From an uncultured Porifericola sp. (GTDB lineage: Bacteria; Bacteroidota; Bacteroidia; Cytophagales; Cyclobacteriaceae): a DNA stretch of 64,000 nucleotides. Under the pieces are notes generated by a model. That model had not been told where the DNA came from. It worked only from the letters and a program-made list of their open reading frames with translations, and did not search any database. The stretch covers positions 39,704 to 103,703 of the forward strand of contig CAZFFW010000001.1 of assembly GCA_964518125.1 (NCBI GenBank). Direction: 5' to 3'. Shown here in pieces: positions 1-10,463 of this stretch. Numbering within the stretch: position 1 is the stretch's first letter; each line of letters begins with the position of its first letter. The position numbers were made by a program, and so were the translations under genes.

Positions 1-161
1 ATGTAAGCAGTGCTACCCGGCGTTACAGCGCTAGCCGAGATTTACCAGGGTTTGGAAATGTGATGGATGACCTGACATTACAGAATATCGAGCTTTCGCT
101 GGGCTGCTTCTTCCCGCTTAAGTTTCTGACAAAAGATTTTTCACCCGTAATTCTCTGAAAA

Positions 162-1364
162 ATGGTAAGTTTTAAGCAAGGCTTCTTACTGGCATTTTTT
201 TCCAGTCTGGTCATTTTGCTCTCAGCTTGTGAGATACAGGAAAATATTGCAGAACCCGGCATCAGTTTCAGCAGAGTGTATAACTCCAATGACTTTCAGG
301 CTTCCTTCGACCCGCTGGATATTCTGCATACTGCAGACAGCGGTTATCTGGCACTTGCTGCTACTGATTCCTGGACCCCATACCTCCTTAAGACAGATCA
401 GGAGGGAAAACTTTCCTGGACATCTTCTCTGGAAGAACCCTTCGTGAGCCCCTTACCCGAGCTTTATCAGCGCAATGGAGAAGTTTTCATGTTGTGTATG
501 AATGAGCTAAATCTGAGCACCTACATATTACAGATTGGGGAAGGCGGTAATACGACAGTTGTTTTCAATGATCAGGACCTGACCTATCCACTGGCTGCCA
601 GTATTACCCCGGATGGTGGCTGGCTGATCCTGGCTTACCGCAAAGAATCCCGAAAAACAATCTTGTGTAAGCTCACATCCAACTACCAAGTAGAATGGAA
701 AAAAGACTTTGACGTATTGGAAGATGTAGAAGAACAGCTGATCAGGCACCTGAGCAGAACCGGAAAACGGCTTCCCTTTTTTACTGGTTATGCGGCAGGA
801 AATGGAAATTCCGGTTTTTACTACTTCAACGGATTCAACAATTTTACGCTCGCACTAACTTTTGTTAATCCCGCTGATGGCGAGCCGATGGGGCTTATCA
901 ACGGCTTCAGGGACAGTGAGTATATTAATGCAGCTGTAGCACTCAATTCCGGCAGCTTTGCCTTATCCAAAAACAGCTTCGGAGACAATTTTTTCCTGCC
1001 TTCACTGGAAGTAAATTCCAGGAATATTGCCTCCAGTAGTGAACTGGAAGCCAGCAGCTTTCCTGAAATTGCTTCAGATGCGCGGGTAATCATCAAAAAG
1101 GTTCAGGTATTGAACCGGGACATCCACCTGTACGCCACAAATTCAAAAAGCAATAGAATCATGCTTTATGCCTATGACAGCGAGCAGGCAACGCTACTTG
1201 GCGTAGAATACCTGGGTCAAACTTCACCCTATGAAATAGGCAACCTTCGGATGACATCTGATGGCGGTATGATCATCCTGGGTCGTACCTTTGTCGCCGG
1301 CAGATTTCCCAGACTTTGCCTGTTTAAACTGAGCAAAGAGGAAGTTGAGGCAATAATTCAATAA
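162..1364 (+). CDS. hypothetical lipoprotein
   Basis: 400-aa ORF. N-terminal hydrophobic signal ends in a lipobox-like LLSAC. No catalytic motif recognised. A hairpin terminator follows. Confidence 0.6.
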   Translation: MVSFKQGFLLAFFSSLVILLSACEIQENIAEPGISFSRVYNSNDFQASFDPLDILHTADSGYLALAATDSWTPYLLKTDQEGKLSWTSSLEEPFVSPLPELYQRNGEVFMLCMNELNLSTYILQIGEGGNTTVVFNDQDLTYPLAASITPDGGWLILAYRKESRKTILCKLTSNYQVEWKKDFDVLEDVEEQLIRHLSRTGKRLPFFTGYAAGNGNSGFYYFNGFNNFTLALTFVNPADGEPMGLINGFRDSEYINAAVALNSGSFALSKNSFGDNFFLPSLEVNSRNIASSSELEASSFPEIASDARVIIKKVQVLNRDIHLYATNSKSNRIMLYAYDSEQATLLGVEYLGQTSPYEIGNLRMTSDGGMIILGRTFVAGRFPRLCLFKLSKEEVEAIIQ

Positions 1365-1395
1365 AAAAGCTAAAGTGGTTTCACTTCAGCTTTTC
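1362..1395. terminator. bidirectional hairpin terminator between convergent genes
   Basis: agctaaagtg-gttt-cacttcagct pairs at 9 of 10 positions. An A-run lies on the left and a T-run on the right. Confidence 0.5.
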
Positions 1396-1413
1396 TGTAC
1401 TTTATCAGCAAAT

Positions 1414-3069
1414 CTAGTCCTGGTTAACGATCAGAGATTTGGCACTTTTAAAGCTTCCTGCCTCCATGACCAGGTGGTAAATACCATTCGGCAGCGCGCT
1501 TACGTCTATTGCCATTCTCCTTGTTCCCGGCACCTGCACTTCATTTAGTATGGAACGGACATTATTTCCTTTATTATCCAGCAAAAGGATGCGTACCAGA
1601 GATTGCTGATTTACCCTATATTCAAAAGTTGTCAGAGAACTGGCCGGATTGGGAGAACAATCTCCTAGAAAAAAACGCGAATGTAGGAAGGTATCTTTTG
1701 TACTGAGGACTGGGTTACCAATAAGATCCAGTTTTTGATCATTCCACACAAAGTCTTCAAAGCGGGTTTTCTGCACAGCTTCAGGAGAAGCCTCAAACCA
1801 GTCCTGTACGATTGCTCCATATACCTGACGGTAATCATGTTGCATACGCAGGTTATTTCGTTCCAGATCATATAGGTCAGGATTATTTCCGGTAATGCCG
1901 GGTTTTACATGCTTTCCAAAAATCAACATAGGCGCCGAAGTACCATGGTCTGTCCCCCAACTGCCGTTGGAAGCAGCCCGGCGGCCAAACTCAGACATTG
2001 TCAGGGTCAGTACCCTGTCTTCCAGGCCAAGGAGTCGAAGATCTTCCTGAAAAGCTTTTACTGATTCAGATAAATGGTAAAGTAAGGCCGCATGCATTCC
2101 CATGCTGGCATCATAGCTTTCAACCTGTGAGGCATGGGTATCAAAGCCACCAATTCGGGCCAGAAAAATCCGCGTCTTACAGCCTCCGCTGAGCAACCTG
2201 GCAATCATTTGCAGTTGGGGTGCAAGGCGGTTATTGGATGCATTTTTGGGTGCATTGTAGGGATATTTTTCAGGATACTGAACCCCACTATTGCTGCCTT
2301 TTTCATACACTTCCTTCAACCTTCCGGCATATTGATTGGACTTTTTTTCAATGTCCATGATCCATTGCAGCTCATGTCCATAGTGGGTATCGGCAACAGA
2401 AGCAGGTGGCTCCCCTCCTACACTGTTAATCAGATCATAAAACTGTTCTGGATTATTGACAGACACTGCCGTTGGGATGCCATTACTACGGTGAAAAGCC
2501 AGTGATACAGCATTACCAATCTCTAGTCCGAGCGGGTCGGGCATGTCGCCAGTCGGGTATGCATCCGGGTAGCCGGGATAAAGATGATCCAGGTAACGCC
2601 CCATCCAGCCAGAGCCCAGGTACTCATCATAACTACCTCCCATAAACCAGATATCACGGCTCCTGAAGTGAGACCCGTTCATATTTTCGTAGGATACTCC
2701 CTGTACGATATTCACTTTTCCTTTGTCGTACAATTCTTTGACAGCGACCATATCCGGATGAAGGCCAGCCTGCTGCTCTTCAGGCAAGGTACTGTCTAGC
2801 GGAACATAAGCCCGTTTGCCTCTATCCGCAATGGCGATATTGGGCCTGAGGTTGTAATACTGACTATAATGCTGCACCGGGATGATGGTATTTAACCCAT
2901 CATTACCGCCATGCAATTGTATAATCACCAGCACTTTATCATTGTCTGCAGACGCGGCAAGCCGTTGTAATTCACCGCTTCTTGCCATCAGACTAAGCGG
3001 CAGTCCGTTCAACATAAGACCGCCACCGGTAGCCAGCGACACATTTTTTAGAAATGATCTTCTTTTCAT
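1414..3069 (-). CDS. DUF1501 (sulfatase-like) protein with Tat signal and T9SS type-A C-terminal domain
   Basis: 551 aa. The N-terminus MKRRSFLKNVSLATGGGLML matches the twin-arginine consensus (S/T)RRxFLK. The core carries DUF1501-like motifs (LHGGNDGLNT, GTDHGT). The last ~85 aa resemble a Por_Secre_tail domain (SPNPASS...VRILLLDNKGNNV...LPNGIYHLVM). Confidence 0.8.
   Translation of the reverse strand: MKRRSFLKNVSLATGGGLMLNGLPLSLMARSGELQRLAASADNDKVLVIIQLHGGNDGLNTIIPVQHYSQYYNLRPNIAIADRGKRAYVPLDSTLPEEQQAGLHPDMVAVKELYDKGKVNIVQGVSYENMNGSHFRSRDIWFMGGSYDEYLGSGWMGRYLDHLYPGYPDAYPTGDMPDPLGLEIGNAVSLAFHRSNGIPTAVSVNNPEQFYDLINSVGGEPPASVADTHYGHELQWIMDIEKKSNQYAGRLKEVYEKGSNSGVQYPEKYPYNAPKNASNNRLAPQLQMIARLLSGGCKTRIFLARIGGFDTHASQVESYDASMGMHAALLYHLSESVKAFQEDLRLLGLEDRVLTLTMSEFGRRAASNGSWGTDHGTSAPMLIFGKHVKPGITGNNPDLYDLERNNLRMQHDYRQVYGAIVQDWFEASPEAVQKTRFEDFVWNDQKLDLIGNPVLSTKDTFLHSRFFLGDCSPNPASSLTTFEYRVNQQSLVRILLLDNKGNNVRSILNEVQVPGTRRMAIDVSALPNGIYHLVMEAGSFKSAKSLIVNQD
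1417..1671 (-). other. T9SS type-A C-terminal sorting domain region of the DUF1501 protein
   Basis: The C-terminal ~85 aa show the alternating beta-strand pattern typical of TIGR04183-type CTDs. Boundaries are approximate. Confidence 0.6.
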
Positions 3070-3080
3070 GATAGGTTATT

Positions 3081-4772
3081 TCAGGAAAGTTGAAATTCAG
3101 GAGACTGAATAAGGGTATGCAGCAGATTTTCAAGCTGTGCACGAACAGCAGCATCATCGCCGCTTTGTTCGTATGCCTGCCACTCAAAACGCCAGTTGAT
3201 TTCGGAAAGATTATCCAGCAGTATGGTTTTCAGAAAATATTCAAAACGTTCATCAGTGATTTCCTGGGGCAATAAATAATCAACCAGTTCCCTAACCAGC
3301 AGCTCAGGATTAGATGGATCGCTGATATTTTCGCTGTTTTTTACATAAGCTACAATGTCGAGCTTATACAGCATTTGATCGTCTTCATTCTTTACTCCTT
3401 CTACCAACAGCCTGGAGAATTCGTACCTTCTGGCGAGAAAATTGGTACTGATCCAATTCCTGTGATAGGCCGGCCCCTGGTGATATGCCGCATATCCGGC
3501 CACCTCAAAAGGCTCACAGAAATCCAGTCCCTGTTCGCTGAGTGGTTTTAAGAAACCTGACTGGAAAGTCTCATAGAACAAAACCAGATCTTTATGCTGA
3601 TCAGGCAGTTCTAGCCTGAAGAAACGAAATAAACCGGCTACCAGGTCCAGTGGTGATTTGATAATGGCACCAATATTATCATCATGGTCAATGGTGTTAT
3701 CCTGATCGTAAAAGTGCTTACTGCAAAGCAGGGCTTTTAACAGCGGCCTCAGTTCATAGTTTCCTTCTTTGAACAAAGTCGCCAAAGGTAAGATCACCTG
3801 AGCCTCCACCTCCTCACTGATATCATAATACACCAGAAAGCGGTAAAGCTTTCGGCAGATATGCAATGCAGTAGCCTCCTGATCAAATATCATTTCCACC
3901 ACCTGTTCAATTTCATCAAGCGCTGCAGCAGGAGTGGCTTTTCCGTCAATTACTTCTATAGGAGCTACCTGCTGCATGTTGAAGGCGGCACTGAACTGTT
4001 TGACAGTGGCATCATGCCGACTGGCCAGGCCTTCATCACTGGTCATGATCAAAGCGCTGGGAAAGCCGGTCTCCGGGTCATAATTGGTAAATTCAGTGTC
4101 TTCTTTATACCCGGAAAAAACTTTGGCAGCTTCCAGTACATCCTCTTCTGTAAAAGTGGTGTAATCATCAGGCCCCCGAGATGGGCCTTTACCTACGGTA
4201 TACAGCTCAAGGAATTCCCTGGCAAAATTTTCATTTGGCCTACCGACTTCATTGAGCTGACCATCCAGAAAACGCAGCATGGCATTATCTGTGCATATTT
4301 TTTTGCAGAGAGTTTTGAAATTTCCAAAAGCATACTGACGGAAAAGCTGCACCTGATAGAAAAGAGCAGGAGCATAACGCATACGCGACTCCATGTTCGT
4401 AAAGTGGGTGTGCATGAAAAAGCTCATTTTTTCTACCGCATGCAAAGGTGAGCTTACTATCTCATTCAACCACCAGCATTTTACCTGTGCCAGCAGGTTT
4501 TCAGTACCGCTATTCGCATCGGTTGGTTTAGGGTTCACCCAGCTTTGGCCGGTTTTAATGTCTAATGGGGGCGATGGGAGTTCATAAGATGCGGGCAGTA
4601 GCAGTTCAACTGCCTCCAGAGGTGTCAGTTGAGCAAACGCATCTATCTGCTTTTTTGTAGGACCAAAAGTGGCTCTTCTAAGCAGATGGGCCGCTCTTTT
4701 TTTGCCAAGGGTATCGTGTAATGCTGGTAAAGAAGCCATAGCAAACTTAATGTTTGATTGATACGGCTTCAA
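3081..4772 (-). CDS. DUF1800 domain protein
   Basis: 563 aa. It has the N-terminal HLLRRATFGP motif typical of DUF1800 and no signal peptide visible. It sits 11 nt upstream of the DUF1501 gene, the usual DUF1800/DUF1501 pairing. Confidence 0.8.
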   Translation of the reverse strand: MKPYQSNIKFAMASLPALHDTLGKKRAAHLLRRATFGPTKKQIDAFAQLTPLEAVELLLPASYELPSPPLDIKTGQSWVNPKPTDANSGTENLLAQVKCWWLNEIVSSPLHAVEKMSFFMHTHFTNMESRMRYAPALFYQVQLFRQYAFGNFKTLCKKICTDNAMLRFLDGQLNEVGRPNENFAREFLELYTVGKGPSRGPDDYTTFTEEDVLEAAKVFSGYKEDTEFTNYDPETGFPSALIMTSDEGLASRHDATVKQFSAAFNMQQVAPIEVIDGKATPAAALDEIEQVVEMIFDQEATALHICRKLYRFLVYYDISEEVEAQVILPLATLFKEGNYELRPLLKALLCSKHFYDQDNTIDHDDNIGAIIKSPLDLVAGLFRFFRLELPDQHKDLVLFYETFQSGFLKPLSEQGLDFCEPFEVAGYAAYHQGPAYHRNWISTNFLARRYEFSRLLVEGVKNEDDQMLYKLDIVAYVKNSENISDPSNPELLVRELVDYLLPQEITDERFEYFLKTILLDNLSEINWRFEWQAYEQSGDDAAVRAQLENLLHTLIQSPEFQLS

Positions 4773-4975
4773 TAATGATACTAACAGGGATAAAAATAAT
4801 GCATAAAATAACTACTTTATTACAAATAGCCCAGAAAGTGCCTCAGCAGTAGCCCTTTTGGCTATATTACTGCTCAATGCTTTAAATGCTGTATCATAAA
4901 TGGCGAAATTTATTATTATGATAAGGCTAGGTTTCACATTGACTATTCTGCAGATGGTCAATTGAAAGGAATCCA

Positions 4976-5965
4976 TCACCATTGAGGATGTATTTCCGCC
5001 CTGAAATAGTTGTCATAAATGGCTTTGATTCCTTCCATTTCTTCGTCACTCAGGGCAGGTATATCACTGACCTGCACGTTCTGTTCTGCCTGCCCGGGTC
5101 GGGAGGCCCCGGCAATGACCGTACTTACTTCAGCAAACATAAGCACCCACTTCAGCGCCAGTTCGGCCAGTGGTTCAGGACGATCACTGAAGATGTTTTT
5201 GATCTCTTCTACAGCCCTGATACCTTTTTCATAATCTACTCCTGAAAAAGTCTCCCCCTTATCAAATGCTTCACCCTTTCTGTTGAAATTTCGGTGATCG
5301 CCGGCAGCAAAAGTGGAATCTGTGTTAAACTTACCGGTAAGCAGGCCACTGGCCAGCGGAACTCTGACGATAATACCTACATCTTGTTGAGCAGCCCTGG
5401 CAAAAAAAACCTCAGCCGGTTTCAGCCTGAACATGTTGAAGATAATCTGTACAGAAGTGACATTAGGATATTGTAGTGCCTGCAGTGCTTCGTCTACTTT
5501 TTCCACACTCACCCCGAGATTGCGGATCTTACCCTGCTCCTTCAGGCGCTCAAATTTTTCAAAATAGGCATCCTGGAAATATATTTCTGTGGGAGGACAG
5601 TGAAACTGAATCAGATCAATTGTATCCAGGCCCATATTTCTGAGACTATCCTCTACGTAGCCAGCCAGAAGTTCGGGAGAGAAGTGTTCAGAGGCATGCG
5701 GCTGGGTTCGCCTCCCGCATTTGGTAGCAATATACACTTCCTCAGAACGAGATTTTACCACCCGGGCTACGGCTTTTTCACTAAGGCCATTTTCATACAC
5801 ATCAGCCGTATCAATAAAATTCACGCCATGATCTATAGCGGTATTGATAATCCTGTCTGCCCGCTGATTGTCAAAATCTTCTCCCCATTTTCCACCTACC
5901 TGCCAGGTGCCTAATGAAACTTCTGAGATGTTTAAACCTGTTTTACCTAGTCTTCTGTACTGCAT
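4976..5965 (-). CDS. aldo/keto reductase
   Basis: 329 aa. MQYRRLGKTGLNISEVSLGTW, FIDTADVY and GASRPGQ are classic AKR motifs. Confidence 0.85.
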   Translation of the reverse strand: MQYRRLGKTGLNISEVSLGTWQVGGKWGEDFDNQRADRIINTAIDHGVNFIDTADVYENGLSEKAVARVVKSRSEEVYIATKCGRRTQPHASEHFSPELLAGYVEDSLRNMGLDTIDLIQFHCPPTEIYFQDAYFEKFERLKEQGKIRNLGVSVEKVDEALQALQYPNVTSVQIIFNMFRLKPAEVFFARAAQQDVGIIVRVPLASGLLTGKFNTDSTFAAGDHRNFNRKGEAFDKGETFSGVDYEKGIRAVEEIKNIFSDRPEPLAELALKWVLMFAEVSTVIAGASRPGQAEQNVQVSDIPALSDEEMEGIKAIYDNYFRAEIHPQW

Positions 5966-6029
5966 AGTTTGAATTTTTGGATAAGTAATTTAACATTGAA
6001 GTCAAATTCTTAAAAAAGTTTTCGTTTGT

Positions 6030-7169
6030 ATGTCAAATGTCTTTAAGTGGCTTTCAGGAATATTCTTTGTGGTTTTTTTGCTAAGTGGGTGTCAGGTAAA
6101 GAAAACCGCAACTGCAAAAAAGGAGCCTGTTGACAGCTGCAATGTAGCTTATGATACTGCTTATGCTGACTGGCTAAGCCTTAAAGCTAGTAAAATTGAT
6201 TCTTTTTTTACAGCCCGCTACGATCAGAACCAGTTTAACGGAACCATACTTTTTGCCGATCAGGGTAATGTGATCATTAAGAAAGCTTATGGCTTCGCTG
6301 ACCTGAGAGAAAAGGATAGTCTAAAAATTGATGCTGCTTTTCAACTGGCGTCTGTCTCAAAACCTTTAACTGCATTAGCGGTCCTATGGCTGAAAGAAAG
6401 AAACTACCTCTCACTGGAAGATACCATTCAACGTTTTTTTCCGCTGTTTCCTTACGAAGGCATCACTATTCGCATGCTATTAAGTCATCGCTCAGGTTTG
6501 CCTAATTATATGTATTTTTCAGAAGAGTACTGGCCTGACCGAAATATACCCATCTCAAACCAGGATGTAGTTTGTCTGATGCAGACCTATCAGCCTAATA
6601 TCTATTATATTCCTGACTATCGATATAACTACAGTAATACCAATTATGCACTTTTAGCCGCTGTTGTGGAGCAGGTATCCGGCTTATCATTTGACCAGTT
6701 TATGGAGCAATACATTTTTGAACCCACTGGCATGTACGACTCCTATGTTTATACAAAATCTACTGATCAGGAGACTGAACACAGCACTTTGGGTTATCAT
6801 CTTGGAAGAGTAGCTGAAGACAACTATCTCAATGGAGTAACCGGTGACAAAGGCGTTTATTCTACTGTAGATGATCTCTTCAGGCTGGATCAGGCGCTGA
6901 TCAAGCACACACTATTAAGTGAGGAAAGCCTGCAGGAAGCTTACCATGCGGCACATCCCGAGCTATATGATCATGATAATTATGGACTTGGCTGGAGAAT
7001 TAACCAACAGCCTGATTGTAGTAAGATAGTCTTTCATAGTGGCTGGTGGAAGGGGTACAGGACTCACTTCTTTCGGCTTTTGGATAAAAAGCAAACCATT
7101 ATTGTACTTTCAAACACGAACCGTAGCCGGTTTATCAGAACTGACGATCTGCTTTCTTTGATGGAGTGA
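6030..7169 (+). CDS. serine hydrolase, beta-lactamase/PBP4* family lipoprotein
   Basis: 379 aa. It has a signal with LLSGC lipobox, an SxxK motif (ASVSKP) and YSNTNY, a class-C-like YxN motif. Confidence 0.8.
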   Translation: MSNVFKWLSGIFFVVFLLSGCQVKKTATAKKEPVDSCNVAYDTAYADWLSLKASKIDSFFTARYDQNQFNGTILFADQGNVIIKKAYGFADLREKDSLKIDAAFQLASVSKPLTALAVLWLKERNYLSLEDTIQRFFPLFPYEGITIRMLLSHRSGLPNYMYFSEEYWPDRNIPISNQDVVCLMQTYQPNIYYIPDYRYNYSNTNYALLAAVVEQVSGLSFDQFMEQYIFEPTGMYDSYVYTKSTDQETEHSTLGYHLGRVAEDNYLNGVTGDKGVYSTVDDLFRLDQALIKHTLLSEESLQEAYHAAHPELYDHDNYGLGWRINQQPDCSKIVFHSGWWKGYRTHFFRLLDKKQTIIVLSNTNRSRFIRTDDLLSLME

Positions 7170-7196
7170 TCTACCATTTTGCTAGAGTTTCCAGCC

Positions 7197-8078
7197 CTAG
7201 GCATTTTTAGCGTTTCTTTCCAGGTATTCAATAATCTTTCCTGCTAAATCTACTCCGGTGGCTTTTTCTATTCCTTCCAGTCCTGGTGAGGAGTTGACCT
7301 CAATGATCAGCGGGCCGCGGTTTGACTGAAGTATGTCTACGCCTGCAATGCCCAGTCCCAGTTTTCGGGCAGCCTCTACTGCCACAAACTCCTCTTCCTC
7401 AGAAAGCTTGATGATTTCAGCCCTACCTCCGCGGTGAAGATTAGAACGAAACTCGCCTTCTTTGGCCGTTCTCTTCATGGCACCTACTACTTCACCATCT
7501 ACGACGAAAGCCCGAATATCTGATCCTTTGGATTCACCAATAAATTCCTGCACAATGATTCTCGCTTTAAGTCCATTAAATGCCTCAATGACGGATTTTG
7601 CCGCTTTCTTATTTTCTGCCAGCACTACTCCCAGGCCCTGCGTACCTTCCAGTAATTTAATAATCACCGGTGCACCGCCTACTTCCATCAGTATTTCTTC
7701 GGTTTCTTTGGCATAGTTGGTAAAAACTGTTTTGGGCAGACCGATTCCGGCACGTGATAGCACTTGCAAACTACGTAGTTTATCACGTGATCGGATGAGC
7801 GCCTGTGATTCTACTGCACTAAACACTTTCATCATTTCAAATTGCCTTACTACCGCACTTCCATAAAAAGTCACTGAGGCTCCAATACGAGGAATAATAG
7901 CATCAAAGTCGTTGAGATAATGGCCATTATAAAAAATAGTAGGCTTTTTCTGCTCGATGATGATATTACATTTGAGGTGGTCAATCACTTCTACTTCATG
8001 TCCCCTTTCTTGTCCCGCCTTCACCAGACTCTGAGTGGAATAAAGTTTCTGGTTGCGGGATAAAACTGCAATTTTCAT
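7197..8078 (-). CDS. rimK: ATP-grasp ribosomal protein S6--L-glutamate ligase RimK
   Basis: 293 aa. MKIAVLSR...GHEV start, ATP-grasp core and SSPGLEGIE near the C-terminus are typical of RimK. Confidence 0.9.
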   Translation of the reverse strand: MKIAVLSRNQKLYSTQSLVKAGQERGHEVEVIDHLKCNIIIEQKKPTIFYNGHYLNDFDAIIPRIGASVTFYGSAVVRQFEMMKVFSAVESQALIRSRDKLRSLQVLSRAGIGLPKTVFTNYAKETEEILMEVGGAPVIIKLLEGTQGLGVVLAENKKAAKSVIEAFNGLKARIIVQEFIGESKGSDIRAFVVDGEVVGAMKRTAKEGEFRSNLHRGGRAEIIKLSEEEEFVAVEAARKLGLGIAGVDILQSNRGPLIIEVNSSPGLEGIEKATGVDLAGKIIEYLERNAKNA

Positions 8079-8160
8079 AAATTAGGCTTCTATAAGAGAA
8101 AAAATCAAGTTTAAAATTCTTATCAAAATTAACATTATCATATACTTTTTTTAAATCTAC

Positions 8161-8619
8161 ATGAAAAATAAAGGAAAAAAACTAATCGGTACCCGAGACC
8201 GTATAGACCTTCCCGAATTTAAATTATTTGATCTTCCCTGTAAAATTGATACCGGTGCTGAAACCTCAGCCATTCACTGTCACCGGGTCAGGCTGCTGGA
8301 GATTGATGGTAAAGAAACAATTTCTTTCCGGCTTCTTGATCCTTCGCATGAAGCATATAATAACCATGAATTTAGAACTACTCGCTTCCGGGAAAAAAAA
8401 ATCAAAAGTTCTTTCGGACATTCAGAATATCGCTATTCTATCAAATGTAAAGTAACTCTTTTTGGAGAGATTTTTACGGCAGATTTCACACTCTCAGACA
8501 GGGTACGCATGAAGTATCCGGTACTGCTTGGCAAGAGACTTTTGAAGAACCGTTACATTGTAGATGTATCCAAAATAGACCTTTCTTATCTGCAAAAGAG
8601 TGAAAAAAACACTCCTTAG
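8161..8619 (+). CDS. RimK-associated retropepsin-like protease (RimB/DUF785 family)
   Basis: 152 aa with a KIDTGAETSAIH aspartic-protease DTGA motif. It is divergently adjacent to rimK. Confidence 0.7.
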   Translation: MKNKGKKLIGTRDRIDLPEFKLFDLPCKIDTGAETSAIHCHRVRLLEIDGKETISFRLLDPSHEAYNNHEFRTTRFREKKIKSSFGHSEYRYSIKCKVTLFGEIFTADFTLSDRVRMKYPVLLGKRLLKNRYIVDVSKIDLSYLQKSEKNTP

Positions 8620-9875
8620 TAACCGTATTTTTCTTTCCAGTAGGCCTTAAGCCGGCTTCTGAGCTCATTTTCACGGGCATTATTGCCGGGATCATATAGC
8701 TTAGTATCTCTAATTTCTTCGGGCAAAAACTCCTGTACTACAAAATTGCCAGGGTAATCATGGGCATACTTATATCCTTTGCCATATCCCTCATCCTTCA
8801 TAAGTTTGGTGGGAGCGTTACGGATATGCAAAGGTACCTGCAGGTCGCCGGTTTCTCGTACCAGCGAGCGGGCCTTTTTGATGGCCAGATAGCTGGCATT
8901 ACTTTTTGGACTGGCGGCAAGGTAAGTAACGCATTGCGACAGGATAATTTCAGCCTCAGGATAACCAATCATATTCACTGCCTGAAAGCAGTTTGTAGCC
9001 AGCACCAGGGCAGTTGGGTTGGCGTTACCAATATCTTCTGAAGCAAGTATCAGGAGTCTGCGGGCGATAAATTTTGGATCCTCGCCTCCTTCTATCATTC
9101 GCGCCAGATAATACACAGCTGCATTGGGATCGCTGCCCCTGAGAGACTTGATGAAGGCAGAAATGATATCATAATGCTGTTCACCCTGTTTATCATATAA
9201 AGCTACTTTCTGTTGCGCCAGTTGGGTGACCATTTCATCCGTGATTTCGGTATTACCTTCTGTATTTCGAATAATGAGTTCCAGCAGATTCAACAACCTT
9301 CTGGCATCCCCACCTGATAGTTTGTACAGGGCTTCATCTTCCCCGATTGTAAAATTTCTTCCCCAATCCGGGGCATTCAGGACTTTGGAGGTAAGTTTCT
9401 GAAGGTCAGGTTTTGAAAGGGGCTGCAAATGATACACCTGACAGCGAGAAAGTAAAGCTGCGTTTACTTCAAATGAAGGATTCTCTGTAGTAGCCCCAAT
9501 CAGGCTAATTTGGCCCTTTTCTACAGCTCCCAGCAATGCATCTTGCTGAGATTTACTGAATCGGTGGATTTCATCTATGAACAAAATTGTCTGAACCAGC
9601 CCCCTGGCTTTATTTATTACATCCCTGACCTCTTTTACGCCCGCGCTTATTGCACTTAGGAAGAATATTTGCGCTTTAGATTCATGGGCAATGATCTGGG
9701 CAAGAGTTGTCTTACCTACTCCTGGGGGGCCCCAGAAAATAATGGAAGGCAAACGGCCGCTTTGCAGCATTTTACGTAATACGCCATGCGTACCAGCCAG
9801 ATGCTCCTGACCAACTACGTCGTCAAGGCTGGCCGGCCTAAATTTTTCTGCTAGAGGTTGATTGAAATTAGTCAA
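8616..9875 (-). CDS. rarA: replication-associated recombination protein A (AAA ATPase)
   Basis: 419 aa. Walker A GPPGVGKTT, FIDEIHRF, and an MgsA C-terminal region (DAAVYYLARM, IGNANP). Confidence 0.9.
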   Translation of the reverse strand: MTNFNQPLAEKFRPASLDDVVGQEHLAGTHGVLRKMLQSGRLPSIIFWGPPGVGKTTLAQIIAHESKAQIFFLSAISAGVKEVRDVINKARGLVQTILFIDEIHRFSKSQQDALLGAVEKGQISLIGATTENPSFEVNAALLSRCQVYHLQPLSKPDLQKLTSKVLNAPDWGRNFTIGEDEALYKLSGGDARRLLNLLELIIRNTEGNTEITDEMVTQLAQQKVALYDKQGEQHYDIISAFIKSLRGSDPNAAVYYLARMIEGGEDPKFIARRLLILASEDIGNANPTALVLATNCFQAVNMIGYPEAEIILSQCVTYLAASPKSNASYLAIKKARSLVRETGDLQVPLHIRNAPTKLMKDEGYGKGYKYAHDYPGNFVVQEFLPEEIRDTKLYDPGNNARENELRSRLKAYWKEKYGY

Positions 9876-9973
9876 ATTAAATTATGAGCTGTAGAAAAAA
9901 TTATAAAAAAATTAAAAGAAAAAGATAAAAATATAACAAAAAAAAGTTAATTTTATCTCATATAATCCACATA

Positions 9974-10462
9974 ATGAGCATTAGCAAAATACGTCACAAA
10001 TTAATCAGTTACAGTAAAGAAATCCTCAAAAGTAACGGTAATCCAGAGTCTATCGCAATGGGATTTTCATTGGGAACACTGATTGCTATACTCCCCACAC
10101 CCGGATTTGGAATATTCCTCGCTTTATTTATTGCCCTTTTCTTTAAAAAGATTAACAAGATCGCGATTGTAGCTTCTTTTACACTTTGGAACCCACTCAT
10201 ACTAGCACCTATATACTGGTTCAGTTACGAATTGGGTGACCTCTTCTATACTCCTGATCCCAGTATCAAGTTTGACCTTGCAATATTTGATCAATTGTAT
10301 CATTACTCAGGTAAGTTTATTCTGGGCAATGCAACTATAGCGCTCATTATGTCTACTATGGGATATGTGGTTATCTACACATTGGTACAGAAATACCTCA
10401 AAAAAAGAGATATTCAGCAACTCCTAGAAATTCAACCACAAAAAGCAGATAAAGCTCTATAA
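9974..10462 (+). CDS. DUF2062-like membrane protein
   Basis: 162 aa, three or four TM segments, NPESIAMGFSLGTLIAILPTPG motif. Confidence 0.55.
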   Translation: MSISKIRHKLISYSKEILKSNGNPESIAMGFSLGTLIAILPTPGFGIFLALFIALFFKKINKIAIVASFTLWNPLILAPIYWFSYELGDLFYTPDPSIKFDLAIFDQLYHYSGKFILGNATIALIMSTMGYVVIYTLVQKYLKKRDIQQLLEIQPQKADKAL

Positions 10463-10463
10463 T

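Noticed and set aside
23-289. 88-aa minus-strand ORF at the window start
   Set aside because: It overlaps the signal-peptide region of the 400-aa lipoprotein gene on the opposite strand, has no recognisable features and is probably a chance ORF.
3861-4451. 196-aa plus-strand ORF
   Set aside because: It lies entirely antisense within the well-supported DUF1800 gene, and its composition is low-complexity and Phe/Ile-rich, as expected for antisense translation.
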